A stretch of 64,000 nucleotides of DNA from a bacterium (GTDB lineage: Bacteria > JAMCPX01): assembly GCA_021792615.1 (NCBI GenBank), contig JAJYUJ010000008.1:11900-75899 (forward strand). Reading direction: 5' to 3'. Position 1 is the first letter of the stretch. Each line of letters begins with the position of its first letter. Shown one piece after another: positions 1 through 9,537 of this stretch. The notes under the pieces were generated by a model. It did not search any database and was not told the origin of the DNA. It saw only the letters and a program-made list of their open reading frames with translations. The translations under genes and the position numbers were made by a program.

Positions 1-478
1 CCTATCTTTAATCTCCTCGAACCGTATTTTGGTACGGTATCGGTTGTCATGATTGCCCGTACGGCATCCATGAACCCCTGTCTTGAAAGATCGTTTTTCA
101 GGGCAGCTATCTGTGCTACGATTTTGGCTACCGGCAATCGTCTTCCTATGACACCGGTCGATGCGACGAGGACCTCGTCGGATTTCACGCTAAAGCCTTT
201 GGTGTATGCGTTTATGATCTCGTTAACATCCTTGATTCCGTCCTTGCCCGTAGCTGCGTTTGCTATACCGCTGTTTGCAAGTATAAGCCGCTTTTCTCCC
301 TTTTTGAGCTGGTTCATGGAAACAACGACCGGCGCAGCCTTAATTGCATTCGTCGTGAACATGCCTGCGGCCCTGGCAGGGACTTCCGAATAAATTATCG
401 CAAGGTCCTTCTTCCCGTCGGTCTTAATCCCGCTTACCGCGCCTGCATATAAAAAGCCTTTTGGTAGTGATAGTGCCA
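1..478 (-). CDS. argJ: Bifunctional glutamate N-acetyltransferase / amino-acid acetyltransferase ArgJ, N-terminal part; the gene runs off the window start
   Basis: Reverse-strand translation from the ATG at 478 gives MALSLPKGFLYAGAVSGIKTDGKKDLAIIYSEVPARAAGMFTTNAIKAAPV..., the canonical ArgJ N-terminus. It is absent from the ORF track because it is truncated by the window edge. Confidence 0.8.
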
Positions 479-481
479 TAG

Positions 482-940
482 TTAACCTTCCTTAAAAACT
501 ATACATGTATTTTTTAAATAAGGCATAACGTTTGCTATTCGCTCTTCCTCGCTCTGTTCCTGCTTCTTATCTACCCTTCCGTATCCTGCCCTTACACCTA
601 TTAGCATGGATGACGAAAATCTCATAGCGTTTTGTAGGATCTCGACAATATGCGTGCAGCCGGTTGCATGACCGAGTGTATCTGCAATTTTTTTATTTAT
701 ACCCCTTTCTACCTTAAAACCTATTATTTTACGTACATGTACAAGTGCATTGGGGCATCCGGAATAGGGGACCCGTACCATTTTTGCATCCGCATCAACG
801 ATCTCCCGTGTTGTAAGATCTATCTTTATCTCGGTGCTTATGCTGTGATGCAAATCAAGTAATGATGCGGCAACAACCACGGTATTTTTATCAACCGGAT
901 GTAATCGTATGTTGATATTCCTTTCGTAAACGTCATTCAT
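482..940 (-). CDS. Hypothetical conserved protein with a GCTH motif, co-oriented and abutting the DUF35/thiolase genes. The real start is probably the internal Met (MNDVYERN...).
   Basis: ORF 482..991. The in-frame Met at 940 avoids overlap with the upstream DUF35 gene. No confident family assignment; possibly DUF2889-like. Confidence 0.4.
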   Translation of the reverse strand: MNDVYERNINIRLHPVDKNTVVVAASLLDLHHSISTEIKIDLTTREIVDADAKMVRVPYSGCPNALVHVRKIIGFKVERGINKKIADTLGHATGCTHIVEILQNAMRFSSSMLIGVRAGYGRVDKKQEQSEEERIANVMPYLKNTCIVFKEG

Positions 941-941
941 T

Positions 942-1493
942 CTAAAGTTCCTCCTGTGCCGGAACAAACCAGAAATCTCCCATATCGCCATTCCTGTGTT
1001 CTTTAAATTGGATCGTGAGTTTCATACCGACCCTTGCTTTTTTTACGTCTTCCATAAATACGTTCTGCATGATCAGGGTATCGGCTCCCGCAACCTTGAC
1101 AAACGCACAAACATACGGGGTCTTTCCGAAAAAAACGGATGTTCCATAATAAACGATCGTATAGGTCGCGATCTCTGCGGTACCGCCCAGCTTCACCCAT
1201 TGGGTCGGCGTATAGCATTCGTTGCAGTTAATCCTCGGCGGCAGCCACACCTTTCCGCACTGCGTACATTTCGTCCCGTAAAGCTGCTTATTGTCCCGGA
1301 TCTCCCTGAAAAACCTGGAGATACCTCCATAGGTGTATTTGTACGTGATATCCATGATGTCCGGAATCTCGAGAGGTGCATCCAGAGAAGGATTGCCGTC
1401 AAGTTCATCCTTAAAGGCTTTTTCAATAAGTTCTTTGGGGACTTTAATCTTTTTTGATGCCTCTTCAAGCCACTGCGCTTTGTCCTGTATCAT
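942..1493 (-). CDS. DUF35 family Zn-ribbon/OB-fold protein, the thiolase-associated partner (BbsA/ChsH2-like)
   Basis: CxxC...CxxC ribbon (CTQCGKVW...CNEC) followed by an OB-fold region. It lies immediately downstream of an SCP-x type thiolase, which is the typical pairing. Confidence 0.75.
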   Translation of the reverse strand: MIQDKAQWLEEASKKIKVPKELIEKAFKDELDGNPSLDAPLEIPDIMDITYKYTYGGISRFFREIRDNKQLYGTKCTQCGKVWLPPRINCNECYTPTQWVKLGGTAEIATYTIVYYGTSVFFGKTPYVCAFVKVAGADTLIMQNVFMEDVKKARVGMKLTIQFKEHRNGDMGDFWFVPAQEEL

Positions 1494-1503
1494 AGGTCCT
1501 CCT

Positions 1504-2769
1504 TTATCTCTTTCTCCTTGCTGACTTCACCTTCGCCTTCACCCTCGCCCCCTTGACCCCTTTCCCCTTTATCTTATCCTGCCTTTCCACGATCATTGCC
1601 GCTGTCCATGCTGTTGCAGGACCTCCGATGCTCTGGACAAGACCGACCCGGGCATTTTTAACCTGTCTTTTCTCCGCCCTGCCCTGGACCTGCAGTGCCG
1701 CCTCCCCTGTCTGCATAACACCTGTTGCACCGACCGCGTGTCCGCAGCCTATCAGCCCGCCGCTCGGGCTTACCGGAAGATCCCCGGTCATCTCAACGAC
1801 GCCGTCCTCTATCAATTTTCCCCCGTCCCCGGGCTTACAAAAGTTGAATGCTTCATACGAAAGAATCTCGGCGCCGGTAAACGCATCGTGCAGTTCGGCA
1901 AAATCCAGTTCTTTTCGCGGGTTCTTTATGCCCGACATTTTATAGGCATCTCTGCCGGCGTAAAGACTCGAGGTAAAAATAGTAATGTCGTCCCGTTCTC
2001 CGGCGAATGCCTTATCCAGCGAAAGGCCGACGCCTGTTATCCATGCGGGATTGTCCGAAAGGGCTTTTGCCACCTTTTCCGATGCGAGGATGATGGCAGA
2101 CGCGCCCTCTGAATAAAGACAGTTGTCATAAAATTTAAACGGATAGGTGATCATCTTCGAATTGAGAACGTCGTCTACCGTCAGCAGCTTCGGGCTCTGG
2201 GCAATCGGGTTATTCATGGCGTTTTTATGGTTTTTTACGGAGACCATTGCCATCTGTTTTTCTGTCGGAGTACCGTACTTGTTTATGTGCGCAATCAACG
2301 GCAGTGCGTACGATGCAGCGGCAGTAAGCCCCATGGGATTTTCGAAGGTCATGTCGCCGGAAAACAGTATGGCCTTCAGTGTCTCCGGTGTTGAATGTCC
2401 GACGGTATAATTGTAATTGTCCGTTGCTTTCTCGACCCCGAGTACCATGACGATATCGTAAAGACCCGAGGCAATCCACGTCCACCCGACAAATACCGCC
2501 GCGCCGCCGGTTGCACCGCCCGTTGCAACCCTTACGGAAGGTTTCAGCCCCATGCCGATATAATTATGAATATACACGTCCGGCATGAACTGCCGTTCAA
2601 AGAACTCATTATAAATGCCGTAGACGACACCACCGACCTCTTTCTTATCAATGCCTGCGTCTTCAAGCGCGAGTTTGGCCGCATCGTATGCAAGTTCATA
2701 ATATGTTTTTTCCAGCCAGCGAGCCTTGAATGACGTGGTTCCTACTCCAACAATGCCGACCTTATTCAT
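1504..2769 (-). CDS. Thiolase-like protein (SCP-x / nonspecific lipid-transfer-type 3-ketoacyl-CoA thiolase)
   Basis: Thiolase fold motifs (GGxxAxAxGxxG region, C-terminal GHAVGATG). The likely start is MNKVGIVGVG, internal to the tracked ORF 1504..2802. Confidence 0.8.
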   Translation of the reverse strand: MNKVGIVGVGTTSFKARWLEKTYYELAYDAAKLALEDAGIDKKEVGGVVYGIYNEFFERQFMPDVYIHNYIGMGLKPSVRVATGGATGGAAVFVGWTWIASGLYDIVMVLGVEKATDNYNYTVGHSTPETLKAILFSGDMTFENPMGLTAAASYALPLIAHINKYGTPTEKQMAMVSVKNHKNAMNNPIAQSPKLLTVDDVLNSKMITYPFKFYDNCLYSEGASAIILASEKVAKALSDNPAWITGVGLSLDKAFAGERDDITIFTSSLYAGRDAYKMSGIKNPRKELDFAELHDAFTGAEILSYEAFNFCKPGDGGKLIEDGVVEMTGDLPVSPSGGLIGCGHAVGATGVMQTGEAALQVQGRAEKRQVKNARVGLVQSIGGPATAWTAAMIVERQDKIKGKGVKGARVKAKVKSARRKR

Positions 2770-3011
2770 AATAACTCCTTTACAGGGCATCTTTCTTATC
2801 ATATTTATTCTGTTTTATCCAGTTTTATTTTTTTATTTTTCGGACATTGGTTATCGACGGCAGGCTTGATTTCCACGGTTCTTTTATGGTTGTTGATTGC
2901 AATTTCCCCCCTGTGTGTTAGGGTTTCGGGAATATGCTGGATAGGGATAAAGAAAAACAAGCCGGTTATCCTGATTTTGCAATCTTTAAAATATAAGGAA
3001 GGGGATGGGAT

Positions 3012-4466
3012 ATGAAGAAACTTTTGACTCTGTCGGGAACACAGCTTGCGCAGATGATACGCACGAAAGAGGTTTCATCGCTTGAAATTGTAAACCTCCA
3101 TATCGAGCACATCCGGAAGGTAAATCCTTCCATCAATGCAGTTGTGCGTGACCGTTTTGATGCTGCAAGAGTGGAGGCGAAGGATGCCGACAAGCGCGTA
3201 GGGAATTCGGCGCCGGAGTCGCTCCCTCCTTTCCTCGGTGTTCCGTGCACCATAAAGGAGAGCTTCATGCTCACCGGTATGCCGAACACGTCGGGGCTTG
3301 TCGCACGGAAAAATGTTATTGCGGACCATGATGCAACCGCTGTTGAAAGATTGAAAAAATCAGGCGCAATACCTCTCGGTGTAACCAATGTCCCCGAGCT
3401 TTGCATGTGGATGGAAACGGACAACAGACTGTACGGCAGAACCAACAACCCCTATGACCGGGAACATATCGTCGGCGGCAGTTCAGGGGGAGAAGGGGCG
3501 ATCGTCGGGTCCGGAGGCTCGCCGTTCGGGCTCGGTGCCGACATAGGAGGCTCCATACGTATGCCTGCTTTTTTTAACGGCGTCTTTGGCCACAAAGCGA
3601 CAGGCGGGCTTGTACCGAATACCGGGCAGTACCCCATCGCAAGAAACAAGGCCCTCACGTATCTTACGACTGGTCCGATCGTACGCAGGGCTGAAGACCT
3701 GATGCCGCTCCTCAGGCTTATGGCCGGGCCCGACAACATAGACAAAGGGTGCACGGTTATGAAGATCGGTGCTCTGTCCGACGTTACGCTCAAAGGGTTA
3801 ACCGTAATCGATGTCGAAGATAACGGGAAAACGCGGGTCAGCAGTGACCTGAAGAAAGCACAGCGAAAAGCTGCGGACTTCCTCGGAAGCAGGGGTGCGA
3901 TCGTAAAAAGAACGAGGATTGCCGGTTTGAAAAAGTCTTTTGATATATGGGCATCCATGCTCTCGGCATCGGACCAGGAATCCTTCAGTGCAAGCCTTGG
4001 CAACGGGACTGCCATACATCCGCTGTTCGAGATGATAAAGTGGTCCATGCGCATCTCGGAACACACGCTCCCTTCGATTGTCCTCGCTATGACCGAACAA
4101 CTGTTCAAGTATATGCCAGCCCGCACAAAGAGGCTGGTGGAAGCAGGCGTAAGCCTGCGCGCGGAACTGGTGAATCTGATAGGTCAAAACGGCATTATGC
4201 TGTATCCGTCTTACTCCCGGCCTGCGCCGGAGCACAGAAAGCCGCTGCTAACACCGTTCGATTTTGCTTACACAGCGATACTCAACATGATGGAAATCCC
4301 GGTCACCCAGGTACCCCTCGGCCTCAATGAAGAAGGCCTGCCTCTCGGGGTGCAGGTCGCGTCAGTCCACGGCAACGATCATGTTACCATCGCCGTTGCG
4401 CTCGAGCTTGAAAAGGCTTTTGGAGGCTGGGTCCCTCCGGACATCGGCCTTTTGAAAAATGCATAA
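3012..4466 (+). CDS. Amidase signature family amidase (GatA-like)
   Basis: 484 aa with the GGSSGGEGA amidase signature, a conserved Ser-cisSer-Lys triad context, and GLVPNTGQYP. Confidence 0.85.
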   Translation: MKKLLTLSGTQLAQMIRTKEVSSLEIVNLHIEHIRKVNPSINAVVRDRFDAARVEAKDADKRVGNSAPESLPPFLGVPCTIKESFMLTGMPNTSGLVARKNVIADHDATAVERLKKSGAIPLGVTNVPELCMWMETDNRLYGRTNNPYDREHIVGGSSGGEGAIVGSGGSPFGLGADIGGSIRMPAFFNGVFGHKATGGLVPNTGQYPIARNKALTYLTTGPIVRRAEDLMPLLRLMAGPDNIDKGCTVMKIGALSDVTLKGLTVIDVEDNGKTRVSSDLKKAQRKAADFLGSRGAIVKRTRIAGLKKSFDIWASMLSASDQESFSASLGNGTAIHPLFEMIKWSMRISEHTLPSIVLAMTEQLFKYMPARTKRLVEAGVSLRAELVNLIGQNGIMLYPSYSRPAPEHRKPLLTPFDFAYTAILNMMEIPVTQVPLGLNEEGLPLGVQVASVHGNDHVTIAVALELEKAFGGWVPPDIGLLKNA

Positions 4467-4501
4467 ACGAACGATTCAACATCCCACGTACATTTTTTGG
4501 T

Positions 4502-4559
4502 CAACCCGAAAAAGACGATTAAAAAATAAGGAAACTCCCTTAGTGCATTTTTGGGTTAT
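4502..4559. repeat. Miniature copy of the TTAACCCGAAAAA...TTTTTCGGGTTAA terminal-inverted-repeat element family
   Basis: tcAACCCGAAAAAgacg ... gtgcATTTTTGGGTTatc: inverted termini that match the termini of the 230-bp elements at 7042, 41657, 45441 and 51204. Confidence 0.4.
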
Positions 4560-4661
4560 CCTGATTTCTTAACAATACGACATCGGTTCGTTCTTGTGCC
4601 TTCTCTGGATTTCTTGATCCATAGCGTTCTGCGTGGTATCCTTGGTTAAGGAGGTGTAGCG

Positions 4662-6179
4662 ATGGTTAAATTTTTAAGCATTGCTTTATCGATCCTGTCT
4701 TTGATAGTAGTTGTCCAGGGGTGTTCTGAAAACAAGTCATCGCCGCAGAGCGGTAACCCCTATCTTTCAAACAGTGCATGGCCTATTATTCACCACTCCA
4801 GTTCGCAGACCGCAAGCTCACCGTTCGCAGGTCCCGGAAGCCAGGCAGGCAGACCGCCCCGTGCTGATTTCATAACCTCCACGGTCCAGGGGACCGGTCC
4901 TGTTGTTTTTGACTCAAAAGGCAATGTACTTTTTGAGAAGGTCGCGATTTTGAACCAGGTACATATCTTCAGCAAGCTGGATCCGGTTACGCTGAATACT
5001 ATTACATCCTATACCGTCAATGTTTCAGCCTCGGATCCCTTGAACGGACTGTATTCTTTTGTTGATTACCATGACTGCTGGTGGAACGCGTACAATCAAA
5101 CCTTCTTAAGGTTGTGCTTTAACGGGAATTCCATAGTCCCGGATATGTCGATTAATCTTGCGGCGCTTTATCCCACGCAGATTACATCTCAGGATTCCAT
5201 CGTCAGTATGAATCCGCTGTATGCAAGCCCTGGTATGATGGACATAGCCTTTGTTACCGAAGGCCTTCAACCCGTACATCAGGGCGGGTATTTTACACAG
5301 ACCATTACCGGTGCGAAGGTCGGGGTAATGCGTATCAACAGCGACCGCAGTATAAGCCTCTTTATGCAGGATTTCCCCAATGAGGACATAACCAATAGCT
5401 TTGCCGTTTCTCCGGATGGCGGTATCTATGTCATAACGGACAAACATGCAGTAAAGCTCATGCTTCAGCAAACGTGCTCGTGCGGTGCGGATGCATTGAA
5501 GATAGTTTGGGAAGTACCCTATGAGACGGGCTTGCCCATCCAGCAGATAGCCTGTCCCAATGCTACCCCGGATTGGGAGTGCAGAATTAATGTTATGTTG
5601 AATGGCGGCAGATTGAGTCCGGATGGCTCCGGCACAACGCCGACCCTCATGGATCACGGCAAGTACATGGTATTTGCTGATGGAGAACTTCCTCTGAAGC
5701 TGGTCGCCTTACGAACTACGGATGGCAGCGCTCTTCCCATCGATAAGCCTGTTCCGTTTACCGAAACAACGGCACAGACAGAAAATATCTGCGCGTCTTT
5801 CGGCAATACGTTTGTCATAGAGAACAACTACAGCCCCGGGGTTGCCGCCTATGAAATCACGGGTCAACCCGGCCAGGAAACGGTCAGACAGCTTTGGGTC
5901 AATTACTCTGTCTTTGCTCCGAATGCTGTCCCTCTTATTGCGGGCGGCACGGACACGGTTTATGTGTACGAGATGCAGGGACCGAGTTTCTACCCGCTTA
6001 CGACAACAACGCAGCAATGGTTTGTAACGGCACTCGATCTCGGAACAGGTGCCGTTGTATGGAGAAAACCCATTGGCAGCAATATTCCGTATAACAGCAT
6101 TTACGCGCCGCTTTCCCTCGATAACAAGCAACAAATTTATATAGGTCTTTTCGGCGGCTTGCTGAGGATCCGTCAGTAG
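4662..6179 (+). CDS. Secreted lipoprotein of unknown function
   Basis: 505 aa. N-terminal signal with a lipobox-like VVVQGC. Ser/Thr/Asn-rich, with no recognisable catalytic motif. Confidence 0.6.
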   Translation: MVKFLSIALSILSLIVVVQGCSENKSSPQSGNPYLSNSAWPIIHHSSSQTASSPFAGPGSQAGRPPRADFITSTVQGTGPVVFDSKGNVLFEKVAILNQVHIFSKLDPVTLNTITSYTVNVSASDPLNGLYSFVDYHDCWWNAYNQTFLRLCFNGNSIVPDMSINLAALYPTQITSQDSIVSMNPLYASPGMMDIAFVTEGLQPVHQGGYFTQTITGAKVGVMRINSDRSISLFMQDFPNEDITNSFAVSPDGGIYVITDKHAVKLMLQQTCSCGADALKIVWEVPYETGLPIQQIACPNATPDWECRINVMLNGGRLSPDGSGTTPTLMDHGKYMVFADGELPLKLVALRTTDGSALPIDKPVPFTETTAQTENICASFGNTFVIENNYSPGVAAYEITGQPGQETVRQLWVNYSVFAPNAVPLIAGGTDTVYVYEMQGPSFYPLTTTTQQWFVTALDLGTGAVVWRKPIGSNIPYNSIYAPLSLDNKQQIYIGLFGGLLRIRQ

Positions 6180-6262
6180 GCAAGTAATTTTGCATGTACC
6201 CGGGACAGTGAACCCGAAACATGAGATGAAAGAATTGTTTAAAAGGAAAACAGGGAGGAACG

Positions 6263-7045
6263 ATGGGTATAGTTGAATACAAGAAAAAAGCCGCGCTCGG
6301 TATTATTACCATGAACAGGCCGGATGCCATGAACGCCATCAACGCTGAACTCGGCAATGCTTTATTAAAGTCACTTATCGATGCGGAATACGATAAAGAG
6401 GTAAGGGCCATCATGCTTACCGGGACAGGAAGGGCATTCTCAAGCGGAGGGGATGTAAAAGCGATGCTCGCCAGTGCAGAGCCAAAGGGAAAGTTTTTCA
6501 AGGAGCTCACCGTTTATTTGAACGGGATCATCAACACCATACTCATGATGCGGAAACCGGTCATAGCAGGCATGAACGGTGCGGCTGCGGGTGCCGGGGT
6601 AAGCCTCGCACTCGCCTGCGATCTCGTCACTGCCGCCCGTTCTTCACGGTTCAACCTTGCATACACCAAAATAGGTCTTACGCCTGACGGCGGTGCAACG
6701 GCCATGCTCGCACACCATGTCGGGCCGAAAAGGGCCATGGAATACATCATGTTAAACCCCGACATCACCGCAGAGAAGGCATTGGAGATCGGACTGGTCA
6801 ACAGGGTTTTTGATGATGCCACCTTTATGGAGCAGACGATATCGTTTGCACAGGCTCTTGCCGGCGGGCCTACCGTTGCGTTCGCATATACGAAACGTAC
6901 CATGAACCACGCATACCCGGGGCCGCTGGAACGGATACTCGAACTCGAGCGGGAAGGCATAGCTGCCTGCGGATCCACGGAGGACTTCAAAGAGGCGAGC
7001 GCAGCCTTTGCAGAAAAGCGTACCCCGGTATTCAAGGGCAGTTAA
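6263..7045 (+). CDS. Enoyl-CoA hydratase/isomerase (crotonase family)
   Basis: 260 aa with crotonase motifs (AFSSGGD, GxNGAAAGAG oxyanion-hole region). The TAA stop codon is contributed by the first bases of the downstream MITE-like element. Confidence 0.85.
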   Translation: MGIVEYKKKAALGIITMNRPDAMNAINAELGNALLKSLIDAEYDKEVRAIMLTGTGRAFSSGGDVKAMLASAEPKGKFFKELTVYLNGIINTILMMRKPVIAGMNGAAAGAGVSLALACDLVTAARSSRFNLAYTKIGLTPDGGATAMLAHHVGPKRAMEYIMLNPDITAEKALEIGLVNRVFDDATFMEQTISFAQALAGGPTVAFAYTKRTMNHAYPGPLERILELEREGIAACGSTEDFKEASAAFAEKRTPVFKGS

Positions 7046-7268
7046 CCCGAAAAATGCGTTTGAAAAATAAGAAAGTTTAGGTGATGAGCGATAATCCCGC
7101 GTCAAATAAAGGTATTCTTCGAAAATCCGATGAGGAAACCATACCGGGTAATTGCATATAAACATACAGAGAACTTAAATCTCGTTTCTATAAAGAAACG
7201 TTTAGATATCAGGTGGATCGCGGGATTGAGCGAACAAGTAAACTTTCTTATTGCATTTTTCGGGTTAA
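7042..7268. mobile_element. MITE-like non-autonomous element, copy B (227 bp, inverted relative to copy A), with about 17-bp perfect terminal inverted repeats that begin and end in TTAA
   Basis: Starts TTAACCCGAAAAATGCG and ends CGCATTTTTCGGGTTAA (complement). The internal sequence is homologous, as reverse complement, to 41657-41893. Confidence 0.75.
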
Positions 7269-7506
7269 CCCGGTGTTCTCTGCAAGAAAGGAAGATATCC
7301 GCCTTTTATTCCGAATACTACCAGTCCGCTGTTGACAAGCTGTTGAAAATGCCCCTGCATGTCATTGCATTGCGAGGAGTCCCGCCGGAGGCGGGACGAC
7401 GAAGCAATCTGTAACTTATTGACATATAAAAACCGGAATTGCCCGACCCATCTTTGCCGTGTGCCCGCGTTTGCAATGACCGTAATTCGAGTTTTTCAAC
7501 AGCCTG

Positions 7507-7534
7507 TTGATTCCTGACTATTCTGTGCTATACT
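7507..7534 (+). promoter_or_regulatory. Candidate sigma70-type promoter for mnmG
   Basis: TTGATT, 16 nt spacer, TATACT, about 45 nt upstream of the mnmG ATG. Followed by the palindrome GTTTCATGTGAAAC at the RBS. Confidence 0.3.
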
Positions 7535-7580
7535 TGTTTTTTATAAGCTTGAGACCGTAAAATGTTTCATGTGAAACACT

Positions 7581-9473
7581 ATGAAAACAATCAACTACGA
7601 TACTGTTTATGATATTATTGTTGTAGGCGCCGGGCATGCCGGCATAGAGGCTGCGCTTGCGGGCGCACGCATGGGGTGTAATGTTTTACTGCTGACCGGT
7701 AACCTGGACACCGTAGGCTATATGTCGTGTAACCCTGCCATAGGAGGTCTCGCCAAAGGACAGCTGGTCAAAGAGATCGATGCGCTCGGCGGGCAGATGG
7801 CAAAAACAACGGATTATGCAGGCATCCATTTCAGGCGTCTGAATACCAACAAAGGTCCTGCTGTCCGTGGCAACCGCGCACAGTGCGACAGGGTCATGTA
7901 CCGGACCTTTATGAAAAAGGTCATAGAACAACAGGATGGTATTGATCTGAAACAGGCGACGGTTACCGGCATCATTGCCCGGAATAAAACCGTTCAAGGG
8001 GTGGAAACATCCCTCGGACTTAACTTTTATGGTAAAACGGTAATTCTTACAACCGGCACGTTCCTCAACGGACTTATCCACATAGGTCTCACGCATTTCC
8101 CGGCAGGCAGGGCAGGGGAGCCGCCTTCGATAGGCTTATCCGACAGCCTGACAAGTCTTGGGTTTACCATAGGCAGGCTCAAAACAGGGACCACTCCCCG
8201 GCTTGACGCAAAAACCATCGATTTTTCCGTGCTGGAACCCCAGCACAGCGATATTCCTCCTATTCCCTTTTCTTTTTCCACAGAAAAGATCACAAACCCC
8301 CTTGTCGCATGCTACATGACGTACACGAATGAGCAGGCGCACAACTTTATCCTTTCCGGCCTTGACAGGTCTCCGCTCTATTCCGGGATCATCAAAGGGA
8401 CAGGTGCCCGGTATTGCCCGTCTATCGAAGATAAGGTAGTTAAATTCAAGGACAAACAGAGGCACCAGATATTTCTGGAGCCCGAGGGCTATCAGACAAA
8501 AGAGGTATACCCCAATGGACTTGCGACAAGCTTGCCCTACGATATACAATTAAAAATGCTCAGGGCAATAAAGGGACTCGAAAAGGTCGAAATCATGAGA
8601 CCCGGCTATGCCATAGAGTACGACTTTGTCGATCCGACCCAGCTCTACCCGACACTGGAAACAAAGCTTGTTCACGGCCTTTATCACGCAGGTCAGATAA
8701 ACGGTACTTCCGGGTATGAAGAGGCTGCTGCACAGGGGATCGTCGCAGGCATCAATGCGGCATTGCAGATTCAGCATAAAGAGCAGCTTATTATAACCCG
8801 GCAACAGGCCTACATCGGCGTGCTTATAGATGACCTTGTAACAAAAGGGACTCAGGAGCCGTACAGAATGTTTACATCAAGGGCCGAGCACAGACTTATT
8901 TTAAGAGAGGACAACGCCGATATGCGCCTCAGTGATATCGGCCGGTCAACAGGGCTCCTCGGTGAAAAGGACTATCGTCTTTTTGTTCAAAGGCGCGAGC
9001 AGTACAATGACATGCTGGGTAAACTCCAGTCCAAAAAGATAAAAGGTGAAACAGCCAAAAGTATTTTAATTCAAGCAGGTTACGCAGAGATCTCCGACAC
9101 AACGACCCCATATCAACTTCTTAAAAGGCCCAATATAACAATAAAACACCTGGAATCCATTGAACCATGGCTTTTACCTATAAACAGTGCTCTTAAAGAT
9201 GCCCTCGAGGTAGAAGTAAAATATGACGGCTATATCAAAAGGGAACTGGAGTTTATAAGCAGGCTTTCAAAGCTTGAGCATACCCGAATACCGGCTTCAT
9301 TCACCTTCAGCGGCATCCCGGGTTTATCTACGGAAATAAAAGAAAAGCTCAACAAGTTCAAACCAATTACCCTTGGGCAGGCATCGCGGATATCGGGTAT
9401 TACACCTGCGGCAATAGCAATACTCGATGTGTATATAAAAAGATTCAGAACTCAGCGGCCTCCGGAAGAATAA
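7581..9473 (+). CDS. mnmG: tRNA uridine-5-carboxymethylaminomethyl modification enzyme MnmG (GidA)
   Basis: 630 aa with the FAD-binding N-terminus [20 protein letters not shown] and full-length MnmG architecture. Confidence 0.95.
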   Translation: MKTINYDTVYDIIVVGAGHAGIEAALAGARMGCNVLLLTGNLDTVGYMSCNPAIGGLAKGQLVKEIDALGGQMAKTTDYAGIHFRRLNTNKGPAVRGNRAQCDRVMYRTFMKKVIEQQDGIDLKQATVTGIIARNKTVQGVETSLGLNFYGKTVILTTGTFLNGLIHIGLTHFPAGRAGEPPSIGLSDSLTSLGFTIGRLKTGTTPRLDAKTIDFSVLEPQHSDIPPIPFSFSTEKITNPLVACYMTYTNEQAHNFILSGLDRSPLYSGIIKGTGARYCPSIEDKVVKFKDKQRHQIFLEPEGYQTKEVYPNGLATSLPYDIQLKMLRAIKGLEKVEIMRPGYAIEYDFVDPTQLYPTLETKLVHGLYHAGQINGTSGYEEAAAQGIVAGINAALQIQHKEQLIITRQQAYIGVLIDDLVTKGTQEPYRMFTSRAEHRLILREDNADMRLSDIGRSTGLLGEKDYRLFVQRREQYNDMLGKLQSKKIKGETAKSILIQAGYAEISDTTTPYQLLKRPNITIKHLESIEPWLLPINSALKDALEVEVKYDGYIKRELEFISRLSKLEHTRIPASFTFSGIPGLSTEIKEKLNKFKPITLGQASRISGITPAAIAILDVYIKRFRTQRPPEE

Positions 9474-9537
9474 CCCTTCACCTGACTCCTGCTCATACTA
9501 TAGACAAAATTTATTCTATGCTTATATACTATAGGAT

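Noticed and set aside
996-1493. ORFs 996..1457 (+), 1003..1218 (-), 1193..1468 (-) and 1333..1524 (+)
   Set aside because: All are antisense or alternate-frame to the DUF35 gene and have low-complexity, Arg-rich compositions typical of shadow ORFs in GC-rich coding DNA.
3452-4330. ORFs 3452..4126 (-), 3798..4235 (-) and 3947..4330 (+) inside the amidase gene
   Set aside because: These are shadow ORFs of the well-supported amidase CDS.
6752-7414. ORFs 6752..7165 (-) and 7130..7414 (+), and similarly 41770..42066 (+), sharing the N-terminus MFICNYPVWFPHRIFEEY
   Set aside because: The shared peptide is just the translation of the MITE-like repeat. The ORFs run antisense to, or out of, real genes and have no coding signal beyond the repeat.
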